Shown: in pieces, positions 26,588-35,893 of the stretch
How positions within the stretch are numbered: the first letter of the stretch is position 1
How the letters are laid out: the number at the start of each line of letters is the position of its first letter
Position numbers and translations under genes: made by a program
Assembly (NCBI GenBank): GCA_902634135.1
Contig: CACPJB010000003.1
Location: 1-55,747 of the forward strand
Length of the DNA: 55,747 bases
Direction of reading: 5' to 3'
Source: an uncultured Marinoscillum sp.
GTDB lineage: Bacteria > Bacteroidota > Bacteroidia > Cytophagales > MED-G16
The notes under the pieces: generated by a model
Database searches by the model: none
Seen by the model: the letters and a program-made list of their open reading frames with translations, nothing else
What the model was told of the DNA's origin: nothing

Positions 26588-27469
26588 ATGAAAAAGTTAA
26601 ATAAGATTCTTGTACTTTTTGTTCTACTGACCTTGCTGCCAGTAGAGGATTCATATTCTCAATCTACTGCTGAGTCAAATGGGTATAATCCTTTATCATT
26701 AAGACAAGTACATGAATCTTATTTAATGTGGAAAAAAACATTGTGGAGAAGAGTTGATTTGAAGGAGAAACAAAATAAGCCATTTTTTGCCAGAAATAGA
26801 GAGATGTCTAAGATCATAATTGAAGCTGTAGAGAGAGGTGTTTTAATACCATATAATAGTGATTCTGTTAATGACAGTAATGTTATGTCTAGAGAGGAAT
26901 TTATTGAAAACATTCAACAAGTTGATGAAGAGATAGAAGAGGAAGAAGAATTTGGCTTTGATTTAGATGATCCTTTTGCAGGATTTGAGGAGGGGGGGGA
27001 TGATCCTTTTGCTGAGGAAGTTGAAGAGATAGAAACAGGACCAATTTTTATTCCTAAAAGAGAATTTTCAATCTTTGAAATAAAAGAAGATCTATATTTT
27101 GATAGAATTCACTCAAGGATCTATTTTGACATACAGGCAATAACAATGTATCTTCCAGGAGATAGTTTTTATAATCCTGCTGGATTTGAGAAGCCAATTG
27201 CTTCATTTAGATTTATAGACCTTTATAACCTCTTCAAGTCTATGTCAAGAGACGCAATATGGTACAATGAGAATAATATTGCTCAGCATAAGAATTTGGG
27301 AGATGCTTTTTTACTTAGACTATTTAAAGGCATAATTGTCAAAATAGCTAATGCTGATGACATTAGAGTTTCTGAGCTTTATGCTAGATCTCGAAAAGAA
27401 GGAATTATGGCCAGCTTTAAAGTAGAGCAAGATCTAATGGAGTGGGAAGCTAATCTTTGGGAATACTAG
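26588..27469 (+). CDS. gldN: Gliding motility/T9SS protein GldN (PorN)
   Basis: MWKKTLWRRVDLKEKQN, IKEDLYFD, C-terminal EANLWEY. Confidence 0.93.
   Translation: MKKLNKILVLFVLLTLLPVEDSYSQSTAESNGYNPLSLRQVHESYLMWKKTLWRRVDLKEKQNKPFFARNREMSKIIIEAVERGVLIPYNSDSVNDSNVMSREEFIENIQQVDEEIEEEEEFGFDLDDPFAGFEEGGDDPFAEEVEEIETGPIFIPKREFSIFEIKEDLYFDRIHSRIYFDIQAITMYLPGDSFYNPAGFEKPIASFRFIDLYNLFKSMSRDAIWYNENNIAQHKNLGDAFLLRLFKGIIVKIANADDIRVSELYARSRKEGIMASFKVEQDLMEWEANLWEY
26926..27034 (+). repeat. Nested in-frame direct repeats and a G8 tract in the gldN acidic loop
   Basis: TGAAGAGATAGAA at 26926-26938 and 27022-27034; GATGATCCTTTTGC at 26966-26979 and 26999-27012; GGGGGGGG at 26992-26999. Confidence 0.8.
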
Positions 27470-29264
27470 TAAAGTAATTAATTATTTTTTCTGCTTTTTC
27501 TTTTCCTATAGTTCTAAATAGTTCTTTTTTGCTAGCTTTTTTAATATTTTCAATTGAACCAAAATACTTTATCAATTTAGTTCTTGTAACTTCTCCTATT
27601 CCGAATATTTCTTCTAATTCGGATTGGATAAATGTTTTACTTCTAAGTTGTTTATGGTATGTAATTGCAAATCTGTGAGCTTCATTCCTAATATTCTGTA
27701 TAAACTTTAACTCTTGTGTATTTTTGCCTAATAATATTGGAATAGAATCATTAGGAAAATAAATTTCTTCAAGTTTTTTTGCTATTCCGATTACATTTAT
27801 TTTATTATAAATTTTTAAATCTTTCATTACTTGACATGCTGAACTAAGTTGACCCTTTCCTCCATCTATAATTATTAAGTCTGGGAGCAAATTATTCTCT
27901 TTTATTATTTTTGAATATCTTCTGAAAACAACCTCCCTCATTGATTCAAAGTCATCCGGTTTTGTTACTGATCTTATTTTATATTTCCTGTATTCTCTTT
28001 TGTTTGGATATCCATCCTTAAAAAGTACCATTGATGCTACAGTATTTTTTCCTTGAATATTGGATATATCAAAAGATTCTATGTGAAAAGGTATTTTTTT
28101 TAGATTTAATTTATTCTTTAGATCAAGAAGTATCGATAATTTTTTTGTTTTTCTTTCTTTTTTCTCATTATATAAATTTTTCTTAAAGAAAAGTATATTT
28201 TTTAAACTCATATCCAATAATTTCTTTTTATCACCGGCTTTTGGGATATATGATTTAAGATTATTAGATACTATTTTATTTAAGTTAATATTTGAAATTA
28301 TATTATTATTAACGCTATTATATTTGAATTTTAAGTCCATAATTATTTGTCTTAATTCTTTTTTTTCGAGACTTAATTTTTTCTTTATTTTTAGAGATTC
28401 TGAACCCATGATCATCCCATTATTTATTTTTAAATAATTAATAAAATATGATTTACTATCTTCAATTATTCCTATAACATCAAGTGCATTATATTTATCA
28501 TTTACAATTATAGATTTAGACTGATATGTATCTAGAAGTTTTAATTTTTCTTTAATATTTTGAGATTTTTCAAACTCCAGTAATTCAGAAAACTCCTTCA
28601 TTTTATTTATGAGATGTTCTTTTACATTTTTAAAATTTCCCTTTAAGATTTCCCTTACATATTTTATATTTTCATTATAAGCTTTTTCAGATAATAATTT
28701 TTTGTTGTTTTTAGTATATTTTGCAAATCCGAGAATTAATGTGTTTCCATTTTTAGAATGAACATTTAATCCAATATTATTTTTTGGATCATTTATTTTT
28801 TTTTGAGAAAAATTATAATTGCTAACTCTAATTGGATAGATATTATTAATAATATTTAATAGGGAATTTATTCCTTTCACATTAGTAAAAGGTCCAAAAT
28901 ATTCTGATCCATCTTTTATATATTTCCTTGTTAAAAAAACCCTAGGAAACCTTTCTTTTTTGATAGAAACCCATGGGTATGTTTTATCATCTCTTAGTAA
29001 TATATTATACTTTGGTTTATATTCTTTTATAAGATTATTTTCAAGAAGTAAAGCATCATGTTCTGATTCTGAAATTACAAAATCAATTTTTGTAATTTCT
29101 TTTATCATTTTTAAGATTTTATTATTGTGTTGTTTTTGAAAATAACTTTTTACTCTCTTATTTAACCTTTTTGATTTTCCAACATATATTATATTAGACT
29201 CCTTATTTATAAATTTGTATACACCTGGTGAACTGGGAAGTTCAACTTTTTTAATATCTATCAT
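27450..29264 (-). CDS. uvrC: Excinuclease ABC subunit C
   Basis: GIY-YIG PGVY...IIYVGK, ALLLENNLIK, FDISN, LIIIDGGKGQ, RNEAHRFAI, HhH GIG. Confidence 0.96.
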   Translation of the reverse strand: MIDIKKVELPSSPGVYKFINKESNIIYVGKSKRLNKRVKSYFQKQHNNKILKMIKEITKIDFVISESEHDALLLENNLIKEYKPKYNILLRDDKTYPWVSIKKERFPRVFLTRKYIKDGSEYFGPFTNVKGINSLLNIINNIYPIRVSNYNFSQKKINDPKNNIGLNVHSKNGNTLILGFAKYTKNNKKLLSEKAYNENIKYVREILKGNFKNVKEHLINKMKEFSELLEFEKSQNIKEKLKLLDTYQSKSIIVNDKYNALDVIGIIEDSKSYFINYLKINNGMIMGSESLKIKKKLSLEKKELRQIIMDLKFKYNSVNNNIISNINLNKIVSNNLKSYIPKAGDKKKLLDMSLKNILFFKKNLYNEKKERKTKKLSILLDLKNKLNLKKIPFHIESFDISNIQGKNTVASMVLFKDGYPNKREYRKYKIRSVTKPDDFESMREVVFRRYSKIIKENNLLPDLIIIDGGKGQLSSACQVMKDLKIYNKINVIGIAKKLEEIYFPNDSIPILLGKNTQELKFIQNIRNEAHRFAITYHKQLRSKTFIQSELEEIFGIGEVTRTKLIKYFGSIENIKKASKKELFRTIGKEKAEKIINYFTSIPKD

Positions 29265-29267
29265 TAT

Positions 29268-31559
29268 TTAGAAAATATCAGATGCATCAATTTTATCAAG
29301 AATTGTATCTAAAGAATCAGACTTAATATCATTATTATAGATTGAACAATCTATTTCAACGTTTATTATTTTTGTTGGTTTATCAAATTTTCCTTTTTTA
29401 ATGCCAAGTTCGGAATCGCTGTAGATGTCTAACATATATTGTTGCCAAATAGGCATTGCTGTTCTGGCGCCTTGACCAAATACCCAGTCTCTAAAGTGGA
29501 TACTCCTATCATCTCCACCTACCCAAGCTCCTGAAACGAGATTATGGGTAACTCCAACAAACCAACCGTCAGATGCGTTTTGAGTAGTTCCAGTTTTTGC
29601 TCCTACATCATTATTTAATGTCAGCTCTGGATTTAACCCTCTCGCAGTACCACCTTCTTCTTCTTTTGATCCTTTAAGCATGTGAAGCATTAGATATGCT
29701 GTTTCTTCACTCAAGGCTTCTTGTTTTGTAGGTATAAACTCTTGAATTAAGTTTCCATACTTGTCTTCAATTCTTGATATAAAAAAAGGTTCTGTCCAGA
29801 TTCCTTTATTAATAAAAGTACTATATGCTCCGACTAAATCAAAAAGAGATACATCGCCACCCGCTCCAAGACATACTGCTGGAACAGGGTCAAGTTTACT
29901 TTGTATCCCTAATTTTTTTGCATAATCTACTACTGTATTAGGGGACAATTTTTTAGTCATAAAAGCAGTAATTGAATTTACTGATTTTGCCATTGCTCTT
30001 CTAAGGGTCATTGTTTCACCAGTCCATTTACTATTATGATTATCAGGCCTCCAGTATGGAGGATCTTGTCCTGGTAGTTCAAAAACAACGGGGGCATCAA
30101 CAACAGGGTAACAAGGAGAATACCCATTATCAATTGCTGCAGCATAAACAATTGGTTTAAATGTTGATCCTGGCTGTCTTTTACCTTGTTTAACATGATC
30201 ATACTTGAAAAATTTGTGATTTATTCCTCCAACCCAAGCTCTTATATATCCACTTTTAGGTTCTATAGAGACAAAACCAGCCTGTAAAAAATTTTTATAA
30301 TATTTTAGTGAATCCATTAGGCTAAAAACAGTATCAATTTCACCCTCCCAGCTAAAAACTCTCATTTTTTTCTTTTCATTTAATTTCTTAAAAACAGCGA
30401 CGGTATCATTCTCCTTTTCTTTTAAGAGATCTTTAAAATATCGGGTCCTTTTAATTGTATTTTCTAAAAAATTTTCAATTTCAAATCCTTTTTCATCAAT
30501 CCATGGATTTCTTCCTTTCCAGTGTTCGCTAAAAATGCCTTGTAATCTTTTCATCTGTTCTTTTACAGAATTTTCTGCATATTCTTGCATTCGACTATCG
30601 ATAGTTGTATAAATTTTTAATCCATCTGAAAATAGATCATAATCATTTTCTTTTGCCCAGGCTATTAAATAATTTCTTACTACTGTTCTAAAATATGTTG
30701 CTTGTCCAACGTTTTGATTTTCAACTTTATAATTTAATTCAAGACCCATGGACTTTAGTGAATCGTATAGTTCTCTATCAACAATTTCATATTTATATAG
30801 ATTATAAAATATTTCAGCTCTTTTTTCAATTGCATTATCTGGATTAAAGTAAGGATTATATTTTGTTGGCTTATTTAATAATCCAACTATTATAGATGAT
30901 TCATTATAATTTAATTCTGATGGAAGTTTATTGAAATAAGTTTTAGCTGCTACTTTTATACCATAAGAATTACTTCCATATTCAGCTGTATTTAAATACA
31001 TAGAAAGAATTTCTTTTTTAGTATAGAATCCCTCTAGCTTTACAGCTACAATCCATTCTTTTACTTTTGAAATTATTAATCCTAGAAAAGGAACTCTACT
31101 TAAGGTTCCTCTCTTCTCTTGTCTGATTTTAAATAAATTTTTAGCTAATTGTTGAGTTATAGTACTACCTCCACCTTCTAATCCACTAGCTCCAAATGTC
31201 AAAATATTTTTTCCAACCCCGTAACTTGCTCTAACTAACCCTTTCAAATCTATTCCAGAATGTTCGTAAAATCTAATGTCCTCGGTAACCAAAAGTGTTG
31301 TTACTAGTTCTTTAGATAGTTCATCAAATTTAACCGGTGATCTATTATACCTAAAATATTTTCCTAATAACTTATTATCACTAGAGTATAATTCTGATGA
31401 CAATTCTGATTCAGGCTTCTCTAAATCTTGTAAACTTGGCATCCCACCAAATAAATTAAAAAAATTATAGTTTACTGAGACTATAAATAGTATAAGGAAA
31501 ATAATTCCGCCAATTAATGAGAACCATATCTTATTAATTATACTTTTTGATTTTTTCAT
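29268..31559 (-). CDS. mrcA: Class A penicillin-binding protein 1A
   Basis: EDIRFYEHSGID, GGSTITQQLAKNL (transglycosylase); GSTFK, SVN, KTGT (transpeptidase). Confidence 0.93.
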   Translation of the reverse strand: MKKSKSIINKIWFSLIGGIIFLILFIVSVNYNFFNLFGGMPSLQDLEKPESELSSELYSSDNKLLGKYFRYNRSPVKFDELSKELVTTLLVTEDIRFYEHSGIDLKGLVRASYGVGKNILTFGASGLEGGGSTITQQLAKNLFKIRQEKRGTLSRVPFLGLIISKVKEWIVAVKLEGFYTKKEILSMYLNTAEYGSNSYGIKVAAKTYFNKLPSELNYNESSIIVGLLNKPTKYNPYFNPDNAIEKRAEIFYNLYKYEIVDRELYDSLKSMGLELNYKVENQNVGQATYFRTVVRNYLIAWAKENDYDLFSDGLKIYTTIDSRMQEYAENSVKEQMKRLQGIFSEHWKGRNPWIDEKGFEIENFLENTIKRTRYFKDLLKEKENDTVAVFKKLNEKKKMRVFSWEGEIDTVFSLMDSLKYYKNFLQAGFVSIEPKSGYIRAWVGGINHKFFKYDHVKQGKRQPGSTFKPIVYAAAIDNGYSPCYPVVDAPVVFELPGQDPPYWRPDNHNSKWTGETMTLRRAMAKSVNSITAFMTKKLSPNTVVDYAKKLGIQSKLDPVPAVCLGAGGDVSLFDLVGAYSTFINKGIWTEPFFISRIEDKYGNLIQEFIPTKQEALSEETAYLMLHMLKGSKEEEGGTARGLNPELTLNNDVGAKTGTTQNASDGWFVGVTHNLVSGAWVGGDDRSIHFRDWVFGQGARTAMPIWQQYMLDIYSDSELGIKKGKFDKPTKIINVEIDCSIYNNDIKSDSLDTILDKIDASDIF

Positions 31560-34015
31560 TACATGTAAAATTTACTAAATTCTTCATAGTTTTTAGACTT
31601 AAAAATCAAATTCATATTCTTTTCTCCAATAACAAAATTAGTATTTCCATTTATTTCCTCATTATTTAACTTTGATTTGAAATCTTTTTCTATTTGTTTC
31701 AAAATCTTATAATCCTTATAAGTAAATGCTTCAAAATGTATATTATCATCTAGTATAAATGAATATATATTAACAGTAATGTTTGCTTTATTTAAACACT
31801 CATTCAAAATTGATATTACTTTTTCTTTATTAATATTGGTTGTTGTGAAGAAGTAGTATTTGGAATCATTATTATTATTAAATTTTGGTAAACCACTATA
31901 AATAAATCTATTATGAACCTCTTTTGCTGATTGAAGAAGTGTTGATGCATATTTAATTGATGACTCATTTTTTGATTTTTCTAAAAAACTTTTTAATTCA
32001 AATTGTAAAGAAAAATTACCAGCTTGATTTCCTCTCCCTATAGCTTTTAGAAGAGACAAATTCTCAAAAAATGGATTTTTATTATAATATTTTTCTAATG
32101 AATCAACCTTTGAAATTACAACATTACTATTACCTTGAATTAAATTTTCATACAGAGTATTATATGTCTTTTTTAAAAAGTTAAGCTCTTTAAATTCATC
32201 AATTTTATAGTTAGGATTAATTATTAGTTTATAATATTCTGTGTCTTTGAAGTTGCTTAATATTATATCTTTATATTTAGCATTATCTTTTTCAATTAAA
32301 TAAAGTTGATAATAAATCTCTGGTAAATGTTTAGAGAAATTGAACCTATTAATAAAATTATTAAACACTTCAATACCTCTTTCAATTTCATTTAGCTTTT
32401 GAATGTAAATTTTTCCAACAGCATAATATGCCTCTTCAATTTCTTTTAATAGAGCTTCTTTTTGATTTTTTTCAAACGGTAAAGATGATTTTATTTTGTC
32501 TACAGTTTGAACATCATCAATAATCTCTTCATTTTCGTTAATTTTAGAGTCTTCCTTTTGAGTTATTAAGTCATTTACTTCATTATTAAAGCTTGATTTA
32601 GAAATTAATCTCCAATTATCTTTTAACTCTCTATTTCCCCAAACTCTTTTAAAATCATTAATCCCAATACTAATAATTGATGAGTTATTAAAATACCATT
32701 CACCTTCATTATTGTTTAATATTATTTTTGATTCATTTAGTGAAAAATTTTGTTGACTTGTCGATCCTACCTTACGTTTTTCATTTTTTTTATTCAACTT
32801 TATTTTCTTTTTAAGAATTTCATCAAGTTCAAAGTCTGGAATTGTAGTTAAATAAATTAAACTGTCATTTAATTGAATAATATCTAAGTTCTTAACAAGA
32901 TCATTTAAGATATCACTCTTAGATTTTAATATATCATAGTCTTTATATTCTCTACTTATATAAGTAAGAGCACTGTCATAATAGAGTTTTGCTGATCTGT
33001 AATTATATATTTTATCATAATATATGTCGGCTATATTTTTATAAGTATAAAACAGTAATTCGTTTTTATTTTGATTTTTTTTTGTAGAAATATTAAAATT
33101 TTTAATAGCATCATTATATTTTTCCTTTTTATAATTAGATAAACCAATTTCAAAATATATTCTGTCAAGGTTATCTATATTTTTTTTGTCTCTAATTAGC
33201 TTATTAAAAAACTTATCAACTTCATTTTTTTCATTATTTATTAATGCTTTTGAATAAAAAATTTTTGCATTAAATTCCATCTCAAAAGAAGGGTTGTTTT
33301 TAATGCATTTTTTAAAATAATCTTGTGCTAATTCGTATTCTTGATTGATTAAGTATACTTGTCCAATAGCAAAATAGACTTTGTTAATTAAACTTTTTTT
33401 CTTAGCAATTGATTCTATAGATATAAGTTCTTTAAATAATTTTTCTATATCATTGATTTTTTTAAAAAGAGCATGGGCAAATAGATGATATTCTAGAATT
33501 AATTCCTTGTCTAATGTTTTTTTTTGTAAAAAATTGTATACCTCTATTGCTGAATTATAATCTTCTTTTTCAGTATATGCTCTCATTAAATAAATTAATG
33601 ACATTTGTTTTGCATATTCGTTATTAGATTTAGAATTAACATATTTAAGAGTTGTTATTGCTTGATTAATTTCTAAGGCTAAAAGCCTGGTTTTCCCTAT
33701 AAGAGCATAACTTGGATAAATATATTTCGAGCCTTCATGCCTTTGAATTAATATAGAAAGTTTTTTGATAATATCTTCTTTTTTATCAGATAAGCCAGAT
33801 ATTTGGTTTGTATCAATTTCATATGATAGATTAATCAGACTATCATAATTACTATTATTTATTTTATATAAATCATTTTCAATTTCATTTATTGACTCAG
33901 TTGCTAAAAAATACCCATTATATTTTGCTGCTGTGTCATTATAAGCTCTATTAATTATAGAGTTACATGAGACATTAATAAAAAACAGAATTAAAGATGG
34001 AATATATAATCTCAT
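31559..34015 (-). CDS. sprE: T9SS TPR lipoprotein SprE/PorW
   Basis: Lipobox NVSC; AYNDTAAKYNGYF, TPR-like helices, YYDSAL, WYFNN...FKRVWGNRELKDNWR; position divergent from M23-bactofilin-atp. Confidence 0.8.
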   Translation of the reverse strand: MRLYIPSLILFFINVSCNSIINRAYNDTAAKYNGYFLATESINEIENDLYKINNSNYDSLINLSYEIDTNQISGLSDKKEDIIKKLSILIQRHEGSKYIYPSYALIGKTRLLALEINQAITTLKYVNSKSNNEYAKQMSLIYLMRAYTEKEDYNSAIEVYNFLQKKTLDKELILEYHLFAHALFKKINDIEKLFKELISIESIAKKKSLINKVYFAIGQVYLINQEYELAQDYFKKCIKNNPSFEMEFNAKIFYSKALINNEKNEVDKFFNKLIRDKKNIDNLDRIYFEIGLSNYKKEKYNDAIKNFNISTKKNQNKNELLFYTYKNIADIYYDKIYNYRSAKLYYDSALTYISREYKDYDILKSKSDILNDLVKNLDIIQLNDSLIYLTTIPDFELDEILKKKIKLNKKNEKRKVGSTSQQNFSLNESKIILNNNEGEWYFNNSSIISIGINDFKRVWGNRELKDNWRLISKSSFNNEVNDLITQKEDSKINENEEIIDDVQTVDKIKSSLPFEKNQKEALLKEIEEAYYAVGKIYIQKLNEIERGIEVFNNFINRFNFSKHLPEIYYQLYLIEKDNAKYKDIILSNFKDTEYYKLIINPNYKIDEFKELNFLKKTYNTLYENLIQGNSNVVISKVDSLEKYYNKNPFFENLSLLKAIGRGNQAGNFSLQFELKSFLEKSKNESSIKYASTLLQSAKEVHNRFIYSGLPKFNNNNDSKYYFFTTTNINKEKVISILNECLNKANITVNIYSFILDDNIHFEAFTYKDYKILKQIEKDFKSKLNNEEINGNTNFVIGEKNMNLIFKSKNYEEFSKFYM

Positions 34016-34029
34016 ATTTTTAATTAAGC

Positions 34030-34050
34030 AATAGCTAAAACGTAGCTATT
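34030..34050. promoter_or_regulatory. 8-bp inverted repeat AATAGCTA-N5-TAGCTATT in a divergent intergenic region
   Basis: Perfect arms 34030-34037 and 34043-34050 between the sprE and M23 starts. Confidence 0.4.
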
Positions 34051-34096
34051 AAATATTTATTTTTACATATAATATAAAATAATAATTTATTATACC

Positions 34097-34942
34097 ATGA
34101 GAAACAAAGTTATCAAATGGTTTAGAAATAGGCTTCAAATTATCTTTAGAAATAAAAGAGATTTTAAAGATATTTCTTTATACGAATTTACTAACCTGAG
34201 TCTATTGGTATATTCTCTAATTTTTTCACTTATAATTTTTTCAATATCTTTTTTATTATCTACTACTATTCTTAGTCAATGGTTTGATCCTCGGTATGTA
34301 GAAAAAAAAGCAAATGAGGAACTTATTAAACTTTCAAATTCAATAGACTCATTAATTGTTGAGTCAAAAATTAAAGATAAATACATAGAAAATATTATGA
34401 TTATTCTTTCAGGTGGGGAGAACCAATCCCTCGAAGATGAATCAGATGAAAATAAATTAGAGCTTAAAGATCTATCTAATGATTTTTCGGCCATTGACTC
34501 ATTTTTCAGGCAAGAATTTGAAAGTAACCTAACTTTTTCTGAAATAATAAGATCTTCAGACACTGATCAAAATATATTATTAATGTCCCCGGTATCTTCT
34601 GGAGTAATATTGTCAACTTATGATCCATCTAATGAACACTTTGGTATTGATTTTGTTTGTAAAAAAGAGGAGCCAATTAAATCAGTTTTTGAGGGTACAG
34701 TTTTGATGGCTTCCTGGACTAAAGACAGTGGCTATGTTATCAGTATCGTTCATCCAAATAATTTAATTTCTGTTTATAAACACAATTCTAAAGTTTTTGT
34801 AGAACCAGGGCAAATTGTGAAAACCGGTGAAGTCATATCTATTATTGGAGATACTGGTGAATTATCATCAGGTCCTCACTTGCATTTTGAACTATGGTTA
34901 AATGGTAAATCTGTAAATCCTTCGGAATTTATATCATTATAA
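34097..34942 (+). CDS. Membrane-anchored M23 metallopeptidase
   Basis: N-terminal TM, coiled coil, HFGID (HxxxD), YKHN, GPHLHFE (HxH). Confidence 0.93.
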   Translation: MRNKVIKWFRNRLQIIFRNKRDFKDISLYEFTNLSLLVYSLIFSLIIFSISFLLSTTILSQWFDPRYVEKKANEELIKLSNSIDSLIVESKIKDKYIENIMIILSGGENQSLEDESDENKLELKDLSNDFSAIDSFFRQEFESNLTFSEIIRSSDTDQNILLMSPVSSGVILSTYDPSNEHFGIDFVCKKEEPIKSVFEGTVLMASWTKDSGYVISIVHPNNLISVYKHNSKVFVEPGQIVKTGEVISIIGDTGELSSGPHLHFELWLNGKSVNPSEFISL

Positions 34943-34943
34943 T

Positions 34944-34951
34944 TAGATTTG
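34944..34951 (+). promoter_or_regulatory. -7 box TAGATTTG upstream of bactofilin-atp genes
   Basis: TANNTTTG match 26 nt before TTG 34978. Confidence 0.5.
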
Positions 34952-34977
34952 TGGAACTTTAATTTAAAATATAGGTT

Positions 34978-35346
34978 TTGGATAATATAAATGGATCAAA
35001 TAATATTATTGGTGAAGGAAGTGTTTTAAAAGGAAATTTAAAAACATCAGGTAATGTAAGGCTAGAAGGTAAGGTTACAGGCGATATATCTTCAACATCA
35101 AAAGTTGCATGTGGAGAGACTTCAATTGTTGATGGAAATGTAGTTGCTGAAAATGCTGAGATAGCAGGAAAAGTTACAGGAAAAGTTACAGTGTCAGAAT
35201 TATTAATTCTTAAATCATCTGCCTCTATCCATGGTGATATTTCTACTGCTAACTTAATTATTGAGTCGGGAGCTAATTTTAATGGAGCATGTTCAATGGG
35301 AAAAGAAGAGATTGAAGAAGAGGATTCTATCAATGAAAAAGAATAA
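34978..35346 (+). CDS. Bactofilin (polymer-forming cytoskeletal protein)
   Basis: IIGEGSVLKGNL...VRLEGKVTGDI...IESGANFNGACSM beta-helix repeats. Confidence 0.93.
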   Translation: MDNINGSNNIIGEGSVLKGNLKTSGNVRLEGKVTGDISSTSKVACGETSIVDGNVVAENAEIAGKVTGKVTVSELLILKSSASIHGDISTANLIIESGANFNGACSMGKEEIEEEDSINEKE

Positions 35347-35521
35347 TTATCTTAAATACATCAATCTAGGTTTTCAGTTTTTTGTTATTATATTTATTTC
35401 TGGGGTTTTTGGCTATTTTATTGATAATTATCTAAATATTGGGTTTTTTATTTTCACATTTATTTTTCCTATTCTAGGTTTTTTTTATTCATTATATCAT
35501 GTATATAAAAGTATTAAGTAG
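35333..35521 (+). CDS. AtpZ/AtpI family small membrane protein
   Basis: ATG 35333; YLKYINLGFQ...GYFIDNY with two TM segments; first gene of the atp cluster. Confidence 0.75.
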   Translation: MKKNNYLKYINLGFQFFVIIFISGVFGYFIDNYLNIGFFIFTFIFPILGFFYSLYHVYKSIK

Positions 35522-35523
35522 TG

Positions 35524-35886
35524 ATGATTTTTAATAAAAAGAGTTTTTATTTTTATGCTTTACTTATAATTATATATTCATTAACTGTATTATTTAAGCC
35601 AGACTATATTCACAAATATTTTTTTTTTATTTTCTTTTATAATATTTTTTTAGATCTAGGGTTTAAATTTTTAAATAAAAATGCTTTTCAAAAAAAAAAT
35701 CACACCGTAATAATTGTTATTCTATCTACCTTTTTAAGGTTTGTTTTATCTATAGTTTTTGTGTTTTTATTTGGTCTAATTGCAACAGAAAATTTTATGT
35801 TATTTACAATTAATTTTTTGATTGTCTTTTTATTATTCATATTATTTGAAATAACAATTCTATTATTTAATTTGCATCGTGAATAG
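35524..35886 (+). CDS. AtpI-position four-TM membrane protein
   Basis: Hydrophobic, STFLRF and LFE motifs, directly upstream of atpB. Confidence 0.55.
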   Translation: MIFNKKSFYFYALLIIIYSLTVLFKPDYIHKYFFFIFFYNIFLDLGFKFLNKNAFQKKNHTVIIVILSTFLRFVLSIVFVFLFGLIATENFMLFTINFLIVFLLFILFEITILLFNLHRE

Positions 35887-35893
35887 CTAAATA

